From positions 135,773 to 199,772 of the forward strand of contig CAVXHM010000005.1 of assembly GCA_963761665.1 (NCBI GenBank): a stretch of DNA of 64,000 bases. Reading direction: 5' to 3'. Position numbers and translations under genes: made by a program. Positions 58,889 to 64,000 of this stretch are shown in pieces. This stretch comes from an uncultured Actinomycetes bacterium (GTDB lineage Bacteria > Actinomycetota > Thermoleophilia > Gaiellales > Gaiellaceae). The stretch's first letter is position 1, and each line of letters starts with the position of its first letter. The notes under the pieces were generated by a model. The model made no database searches. It worked only from the letters and a program-made list of their open reading frames with translations, and had not been told where the DNA came from.

Positions 58889-60210
58889 AACCCCGGGCTT
58901 CGCTCCGGTCGCGGCTGTTCCAGGCGATCGCGCTGATCGTGCTGCTGTGCGTCGGGCTGACGCTCGGGCTCGGGCTGCTGCTGACGCGCCGCGCCGTGGA
59001 CGAGGCGACGCTCAAGGACGTCGCCCACCAGGCGGACCTGATCGCCGGCAGCCAGCGCATCGCGCTGTCGCCGCTCACGCACCTGCCGGAGCTGAACCAG
59101 TACTTCGCGCGCCAGCACGAGACGTATCTCGTGCACGCGACGAAGCTGCCCGCGTGGGCGCAGGCCCACCTGAAGGCGGGAAAGCCCGCCCAGGGCTCGG
59201 TCACGATCGCCGGCACCGACTACTTCTTCGCCGCGCAGCCCGTCGGCAACCAGGCGTTCGTCCTGCTGCGGCCGAAGAGCGTGACGAAGTCGCAGCTGAC
59301 GCCGTTCGTCGAGGGTCTGCTGATCGCGACGCTCGCTGGCGGCGCGCTTGCGGCCGCGGCAGCGTTCGTGCTCGCGCGGCGGATCGCGCGACCCGTCGGC
59401 CGCGTCGCCGACGCAGCGCGCAGTCTCGCCGGCGGCACGTACCCGGATCCGATTCCGCTCGAGGGCGCGGCCGAGCTGGCGACGCTGGCGGGAGCGTTCA
59501 ACGACCTGGCGGTTCAGCTCTTCCAGGCGCGCGAGGCGGAACGGAACTTCCTGCTCTCCGTCAGCCACGAGCTGAAGACGCCGTTGACCGCGATCCGCGG
59601 CTACTCCGAAGCCCTGCGCGACGGCGCGGTCACGGTGCAGGACGCGACGGAGACGGTGGCGCTGGAGGCGGCGCGGCTCGAGCGGCTCGTCGGCGACCTG
59701 CTCGACCTCGCCCGGATGAACCGCACCGACTTCAGCGTGCACAACTCGGAGATCGACCTGTCGGAGGTGGCGGACGACGCGGTGCGGCGCTACCTGCCGC
59801 AGGCGGACGCCTTCGGGGTTGCGCTCACGGCGTTCGCAGACGGCCCCGCACCCGCCCTCGCCGACGCCGACCGGGTCCTCCAGGTCGTGTCGAACCTCGT
59901 CGAGAACGCGCTTCGCCTCGCGCCGCCCGGCGGCGAGATCCGCCTCGTCACCGCGCCGGGGTTGCTCCGCGTCGAGGACACGGGACCGGGTCTGAAGCCG
60001 GAGGAGCACGAGCACGCCTTCGAGCGCTTCTATCTGCACGAGCGCTACGGACGCGAGCGGCCGGTCGGTACCGGTCTCGGGCTGGCGATCGTGAAGGAGC
60101 TGACGCAGGCGATGGGCGGGACCGTCGAGGTGGCGAGCGTGCCCGGCGGGCTGACCACGTTCACGGTGCGCCTGGCCGTCCCGGCGCGGCAGCCGGCCGC
60201 GGCACCGTAG
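58885..60210 (+). CDS. sensor histidine kinase (TM-sensor-TM-HAMP-HisKA-HATPase_c)
   Basis: The GTG at 58885 overlaps the regulator stop (GTGA). Sequence: [33 protein letters not shown]...; H-box [23 protein letters not shown]; [14 protein letters not shown]; VEDTGPGL; [18 protein letters not shown]. Confidence 0.85.
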   Translation: MKPRASLRSRLFQAIALIVLLCVGLTLGLGLLLTRRAVDEATLKDVAHQADLIAGSQRIALSPLTHLPELNQYFARQHETYLVHATKLPAWAQAHLKAGKPAQGSVTIAGTDYFFAAQPVGNQAFVLLRPKSVTKSQLTPFVEGLLIATLAGGALAAAAAFVLARRIARPVGRVADAARSLAGGTYPDPIPLEGAAELATLAGAFNDLAVQLFQAREAERNFLLSVSHELKTPLTAIRGYSEALRDGAVTVQDATETVALEAARLERLVGDLLDLARMNRTDFSVHNSEIDLSEVADDAVRRYLPQADAFGVALTAFADGPAPALADADRVLQVVSNLVENALRLAPPGGEIRLVTAPGLLRVEDTGPGLKPEEHEHAFERFYLHERYGRERPVGTGLGLAIVKELTQAMGGTVEVASVPGGLTTFTVRLAVPARQPAAAP

Positions 60211-60213
60211 GGT
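60208..60213 (+). promoter_or_regulatory. candidate -10 box TAGGGT overlapping the kinase stop codon, 8 nt upstream of ATG 60222
   Basis: Sequence reads TAGGGT tcctcccc ATG. The spacer is pyrimidine-rich and contains no Shine-Dalgarno sequence. Confidence 0.3.
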
Positions 60214-60221
60214 TCCTCCCC

Positions 60222-61175
60222 ATGCCGACCCTCGACGACGTCCAGCGCGCACAGCGCGTGATCCAGGGGCGCCTGCACCGCACGCCGCTGCTGCGTTCGG
60301 CGACGCTGTCCGAGCTGCTCGGCGTGGACGCCCACTTCAAGGCGGAGCTGCTCCAGCGGACGGGCTCGTTCAAGGTGCGCGGCGTCCTCAACACGCTCTC
60401 GCAGCTCGACGACGAGGCCAAGGGGCGCGGCGTGATCTCCATCTCCGCCGGCAACCACGCGCAGGCGGTCGCGTGGGGCTCGCGCGAGGAGGGCATCGAC
60501 GCGCTCATCGTCATGTGGCAGGACGCGAGCCCGCTGAAGATCGAGGCGACGCGCGGCTACGGCGCGAGCGTCGACACGTCGCCGTCCGACCCGACCACCG
60601 CGTTCGCGCACCTCGACGTCCTCCAGGCCGAGACGGGGCGGACGCTGATCCATCCGTTCAACGACCCGGCCGTGATCGCCGGCCAGGGAACGGTCGGGCT
60701 GGAGATCCTCGAGGACGTTCCCGAGGCCGACGTCGTGCTCGTCCCGTGCGGCGGCGGCGGGCTCGTCACGGGGATCGCCGTCGCGGTGAAGGCGCTGCGG
60801 CCGTCGGCGCGGGTGATCGCCGTCGAGCCGGAGCTCTCGCCGGCGCTGCACGACGGACTCGAGGCGGGGAAGTCGGTGCCGGTGACGCCGCGCAGCGCCG
60901 CCGACGCCCTCAGCGCGCCGTTCGCCGGCGAGCGCTGCGTCGAGCTCTGCCGCGAGCTCGGCGTCGAGTCGGTGCTGGTCGACGAGGACGATCTCGCGAA
61001 CGCGTTCCGCTGGATCTATGCCCGGACGAAGCTCGCGTGCGAGCTCGGCGCGGCCGCCTCGACGGCGGCGCTGCTGTCCGGAAAAGTCGCCGTGGAAGCG
61101 GGCCAGACGGTGGTCGCGGTCGTCTCCGGCGGCAACGTAGGGCCGAAACAGGCCGCTGCTATCCTGGCCTCATGA
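60222..61175 (+). CDS. PLP-dependent threonine/serine dehydratase (no C-terminal ACT regulatory domain)
   Basis: [59 protein letters not shown] (PLP lysine motif)...[15 protein letters not shown]...[13 protein letters not shown]... Confidence 0.8.
   Translation: MPTLDDVQRAQRVIQGRLHRTPLLRSATLSELLGVDAHFKAELLQRTGSFKVRGVLNTLSQLDDEAKGRGVISISAGNHAQAVAWGSREEGIDALIVMWQDASPLKIEATRGYGASVDTSPSDPTTAFAHLDVLQAETGRTLIHPFNDPAVIAGQGTVGLEILEDVPEADVVLVPCGGGGLVTGIAVAVKALRPSARVIAVEPELSPALHDGLEAGKSVPVTPRSAADALSAPFAGERCVELCRELGVESVLVDEDDLANAFRWIYARTKLACELGAAASTAALLSGKVAVEAGQTVVAVVSGGNVGPKQAAAILAS
61160..61165 (+). promoter_or_regulatory. candidate -10 box TATCCT, 6 nt upstream of the rpmE ATG 61172
   Basis: Sequence reads TATCCT ggcctc ATG. 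It lies inside the 3' end of the dehydratase gene. Confidence 0.35.
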
Positions 61176-61387
61176 AGGCAGACATCCATCCCGAGTACGT
61201 CCTGACGACGGTGACGTGCTCCTGCGGGAACACGTTCCAGACTCGCTCGACGAAGTCCGAGCTCCACGTCGAGATCTGCTCGGAATGCCATCCGTTCTAC
61301 ACGGGCAAGCAGAAGCTCGTGGACACGGGCGGCCGGGTGGAACGCTTCCAGCGTCGGCTCGAGCGGGCCGAGCGCTCGAAGAGCTAG
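61172..61387 (+). CDS. rpmE: 50S ribosomal protein L31 (Zn-ribbon type A)
   Basis: [62 protein letters not shown], with the CxC...CxxC pattern. Confidence 0.9.
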   Translation: MKADIHPEYVLTTVTCSCGNTFQTRSTKSELHVEICSECHPFYTGKQKLVDTGGRVERFQRRLERAERSKS

Positions 61388-61404
61388 CGGCCGGGCGCCG
61401 AGGC

Positions 61405-62337
61405 ATGGCGAACGTCGGCGGACAGGCGGTCCTCGAGGGCGTGATGATGCGCGGCCCGGGGAACTGGTCCGTCGCGGTCCGCACTCCGCACGGGACGATC
61501 GAGCACGTGTCGCGGCAGATCGAGTCTGGCATGGCGCGCCACCGCGTGCTGCGCCTGCCGGTGATCCGCGGCGTCATGGCCATCGGCGAGTCGCTCGCGA
61601 TCGGCTTTCGCGCGCTCGCCATCTCCGCCAACTACGCGGCGCAGGAGGCCAAGGAGGCGAAGGAGCTGGGCGAGCCCGAGCCCGAGGCCGAAAAGGAGCT
61701 CTCGCGCGGCGCGCTGGTCTTCGCGTTCGCGATCGCGATCGGCTTCGCCATCGCGCTGTTCAAGGTGACGCCGGGCCTGCTCACCGAGCTGCTGCCGATC
61801 AAGAGCGGCACCTGGTTCGTGATCGTCGAGGGCGCGATTCGCGTGACGATCTTCGTCCTCTACCTGACGTTGCTGTCGTTCCTGCCCGACCTCCGTCGCG
61901 TGTTCCAGTACCACGCCGCCGAGCACAAGGCGATCAACGCGTACGAGGCGGGGGAGGAGCTGGAGCCCGAGATCGTCCAGCGGTACTCCCTCCTCCACCC
62001 GCGTTGCGGCACCGCCTTCCTGCTGTGGGTGATGGTGATCGCCGTGTTCGTGTTCGCCTTCTTCGGGCGGCCCACCTGGTACTGGCTGATCGTGACGCGG
62101 ATCCTGCTGCTGCCGGTGATCGCCGGGCTCGCGTACGAGCTGATCCGCTTCGCCGGCAAGCACTCGGACAACCGCATCCTCATGGCCGTGCTCGCGCCGG
62201 GGCTCTGGCTCCAGCGGCTGACGACGCGCGAGCCGTCGCTCGACCAGCTCGAAGTCTCGATCCGGGCCCTCCGCGAGGTGCTCGACCTCGAGGAGCGCGG
62301 CGACCCCGCCGCCGGGCTCGTCGAAGTCATGGCCTAA
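61405..62337 (+). CDS. DUF1385-domain membrane protein (YqhQ-like), in its usual position between rpmE and prfA
   Basis: MANVGGQAVLEGVMMRGPGNWSVAVR...RLPVIRGVMAIGESL...YHAAEHKAINAYE...HPRCGTAFLL...LLLPVIAGLAYELIRFAGKH...LWLQRLTTREP. Confidence 0.8.
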   Translation: MANVGGQAVLEGVMMRGPGNWSVAVRTPHGTIEHVSRQIESGMARHRVLRLPVIRGVMAIGESLAIGFRALAISANYAAQEAKEAKELGEPEPEAEKELSRGALVFAFAIAIGFAIALFKVTPGLLTELLPIKSGTWFVIVEGAIRVTIFVLYLTLLSFLPDLRRVFQYHAAEHKAINAYEAGEELEPEIVQRYSLLHPRCGTAFLLWVMVIAVFVFAFFGRPTWYWLIVTRILLLPVIAGLAYELIRFAGKHSDNRILMAVLAPGLWLQRLTTREPSLDQLEVSIRALREVLDLEERGDPAAGLVEVMA

Positions 62338-62371
62338 CCGGCCACGGCCCGGTCCGCGACACTCTCGTCAC

Positions 62372-62468
62372 CCGTGTCTGACACCGGAACGTGTCTCGTG
62401 CGGACATAGCGCTGCCTCGCAATCCCGCTCCACCACTCGAGGGACATGTCCTGGTGTCTGACACCAGG
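62372..62468. repeat. palindromic repeat elements of the same family (GTGTCTGACAC type) upstream of osmC
   Basis: GTGTCTGACAC at 62374-62384. A perfect 10-bp palindrome GGACATGTCC at 62442-62451. A perfect 19-bp palindrome CCTGGTGTCTGACACCAGG at 62450-62468, immediately followed by CTAGGT. Confidence 0.7.
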
Positions 62469-62535
62469 CTAGGTCCGCGGCGGACACGGCCTCTCGTTTC
62501 GTAGGCTCACGCTTTCAGCGACCGAAAGGAACCCG

Positions 62536-62973
62536 ATGGCGACGGACCGGCGTGCAGACGTGACCTGGCAGGGCGGCTTGATGGACGGGAGCGGGACGAT
62601 CCGCTCGACCACGAGCGGGGCGATCGGAGAGCAGCCCGTCAGCTGGGCCGCGCGCTCCGAGGACGTCGCGGCGGGCGGAAAGACGAGCCCCGAGGAGCTG
62701 ATCGCCGCCGCGCATGCGTCGTGCTTCTCGATGGCGCTGTCGGCCGGGCTGGCGAAGGCGGGCACACCGCCGGAGCAGCTCGACACCTCCGCCACCGTCA
62801 CCTTCCAGCCGGGCGAGGGCATCACGAAGATCGCGTTGGCGGTCGAGGGCCGCGTCCCGGGCCTCGACGCCGCCGGCTTCGCAGAGGCGGCGCAGGGCGC
62901 GAAGGAGAACTGCCCCGTCTCGAAGGCGCTGGCCGGCGTCCCCGAGATCACGCTCGAGGCGACGCTCGCCTAG
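62536..62973 (+). CDS. osmC: OsmC-family peroxiredoxin
   Basis: 145-aa ORF: ...DVTWQGGLMDGSGTI...TSPEELIAAAHASCFSMALS...AKENCPVSKAL (two conserved Cys residues). The Shine-Dalgarno sequence GAAAGGAA lies upstream. Confidence 0.85.
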   Translation: MATDRRADVTWQGGLMDGSGTIRSTTSGAIGEQPVSWAARSEDVAAGGKTSPEELIAAAHASCFSMALSAGLAKAGTPPEQLDTSATVTFQPGEGITKIALAVEGRVPGLDAAGFAEAAQGAKENCPVSKALAGVPEITLEATLA

Positions 62974-63449
62974 ACCGGCCTGAGCTTCCCCGTCTCGACC
63001 TCGTAGACGAACCCCGTCGCGGAGAACGAGTCGGGGAGCAGCGGCGCGCTCGCGATCGTCTCCACGCTCTGCCGCACGCGCGCGTCCACGTCGGGGAACG
63101 GCTGGAAATCGATCGACTCCGACTCGGGGCCGAGCTTCGCGTGGATGTCGTCGTTCGTGAACGTGATCATCCCGCAGTCCGTGTGCCCGATCACGATCGC
63201 CTCCTGCGTGCCGAGGAGATGGTGCGAGATCACGAGCGAGCGCAACGTCTCGTCGTTGACGAGCCCGCCCGCGTTCCGGATCACGTGCGCGTCGCCCTCC
63301 TCGAGCCCGAGGAACTTCGCCGGGTCGAGCCGCGCATCCATGCACGTCACCACCGCGAACCGGCGGCCCGGAGGCATGGGCAGGTCGCCCTTGGTGAACC
63401 CGTCTGCGTACTGCGCGTTCGCATTCGTGACCTCGTCGACGACGGACAT
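62970..63449 (-). CDS. beta-class carbonic anhydrase
   Basis: Starts at ATG 63449: MSVVDEVTNANAQYADGFTKGDLPMPPGRRFAVVTCMDARLDP...VIRNAGG...VIGHTDCGM (the CxDxR and HxxC zinc ligand motifs). Confidence 0.85.
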   Translation of the reverse strand: MSVVDEVTNANAQYADGFTKGDLPMPPGRRFAVVTCMDARLDPAKFLGLEEGDAHVIRNAGGLVNDETLRSLVISHHLLGTQEAIVIGHTDCGMITFTNDDIHAKLGPESESIDFQPFPDVDARVRQSVETIASAPLLPDSFSATGFVYEVETGKLRPV

Positions 63450-63531
63450 GCGGCACCTCGTGATCGTGGGTTGACCACACGAAGCTATAGAAAGTGAAGC
63501 GTTCTGCACAAGGGCTAACCTTGTCCCCGAT

Positions 63532-64000
63532 ATGGCCTCCGACTTCGACAATCTGATCGACGAGCTCGAGCGCTCCTACGAGGAGACGCAGGAGCGCATG
63601 TCGGACCCGTCCGTCTACAACGACCACCGCGAGGCGGCGGAGGTCGGGCGCAAGCTGAAGGAGCTGGAAGGCCCGTACAAGCTGGCCCAGGAGTGGAAGG
63701 CGGCGCGCGAGGATCTCGACGCAGCGCGCGACGACGCCGAGCTCGAGGAGCTCGTGGCGGAGCTGGAGGAGCGGACGGCGCGGCTCGAGGAGGAGCTGCG
63801 GCTGGCCCTGGTCCCGAGCGACCCGGCCGACCACAAGGACGTCATCCTCGAGGTGCGGCAGGGGGTCGGCGGCGACGAGGCGGCGCTGTGGGCCGGCGAC
63901 GTCTACCGGATGCTCGCCCGCTACGCCGAGCGGCGCGGCTTCAAGGTCGAGGAGCTCGAGCGCCAGCCCGAGCGACGGCGGCGGCTACAAGGAGGTGACG
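63532..64000 (+). CDS. prfA: peptide chain release factor 1; 5' part, continues beyond the window; frame disrupted near 63970
   Basis: [55 protein letters not shown]...[54 protein letters not shown]. The expected [10 protein letters not shown] is then only readable after a one-base hop. Confidence 0.85.
   Translation, partial: MASDFDNLIDELERSYEETQERMSDPSVYNDHREAAEVGRKLKELEGPYKLAQEWKAAREDLDAARDDAELEELVAELEERTARLEEELRLALVPSDPADHKDVILEVRQGVGGDEAALWAGDVYRMLARYAERRGFKVEELERQPERRRRLQGGD

Noticed and set aside
58201-60210. An apparent 669-aa response-regulator/histidine-kinase fusion protein.
   Set aside because: It is an artefact of the extra base near 58660. The authentic winged-helix domain is in ORF 58463..58888 and ends in TGA. 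That stop overlaps the kinase GTG at 58885, which happens to share the frame of the regulator's N-terminus.

Overview
A high-GC (about 70%) actinobacterial-type chromosomal segment with compact operons. I saw no rRNA, tRNA, CRISPR array, transposase or integrase.

Left arm (1-17.3 kb):
- an OmpR-type two-component pair
- a complete trp operon on the minus strand (trpE-G-D-C/F-B-A), preceded by a Trp-rich leader peptide and an attenuator terminator
- an ACT-domain protein and an M42 peptidase
- a short-chain acyl-CoA block: thiolase, 3-hydroxybutyryl-CoA dehydrogenase and acyl-CoA dehydrogenase
- an APH(6)-like kinase, an isochorismatase-family hydrolase and a GNAT acetyltransferase
- a PduO-type cobalamin adenosyltransferase

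Centre (17.5-47.2 kb): almost certainly one gigantic minus-strand gene of about 29.7 kb (about 9,900 aa). It encodes an N-terminal signal anchor, propeptide and S8 subtilase, followed by:
- a duplicated unknown module and a LamG-like domain
- about 17 copies of a ~640-bp repeat
- 15 copies of a ~615-bp repeat
- about 15 Ig-like modules
- FN3-like and PASTA-like domains, then a basic C-terminal tail that resembles a receiver domain

The ORF track splits this gene only because of eight single-base insertions.

Right arm (47.6-64 kb):
- a split B12-dependent acyl-CoA mutase and a crotonase
- a LysM/SLT muramidase
- etfBA and ETF-quinone oxidoreductase
- two paralogous secreted repeat proteins followed by a second two-component system
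- a threonine/serine dehydratase, rpmE, a DUF1385 protein, osmC, a beta-carbonic anhydrase and the 5' part of prfA

Recurring themes:
1. At least 19 frame disruptions, each consistent with one extra base, including in housekeeping genes. This points to an assembly-quality problem.
2. TANNNT boxes 6-8 nt upstream of start codons, suggesting leaderless mRNAs. Two of these are back-to-back bidirectional cases.
3. A dispersed family of intergenic palindromic repeats (GGTGYCWGRCACC).
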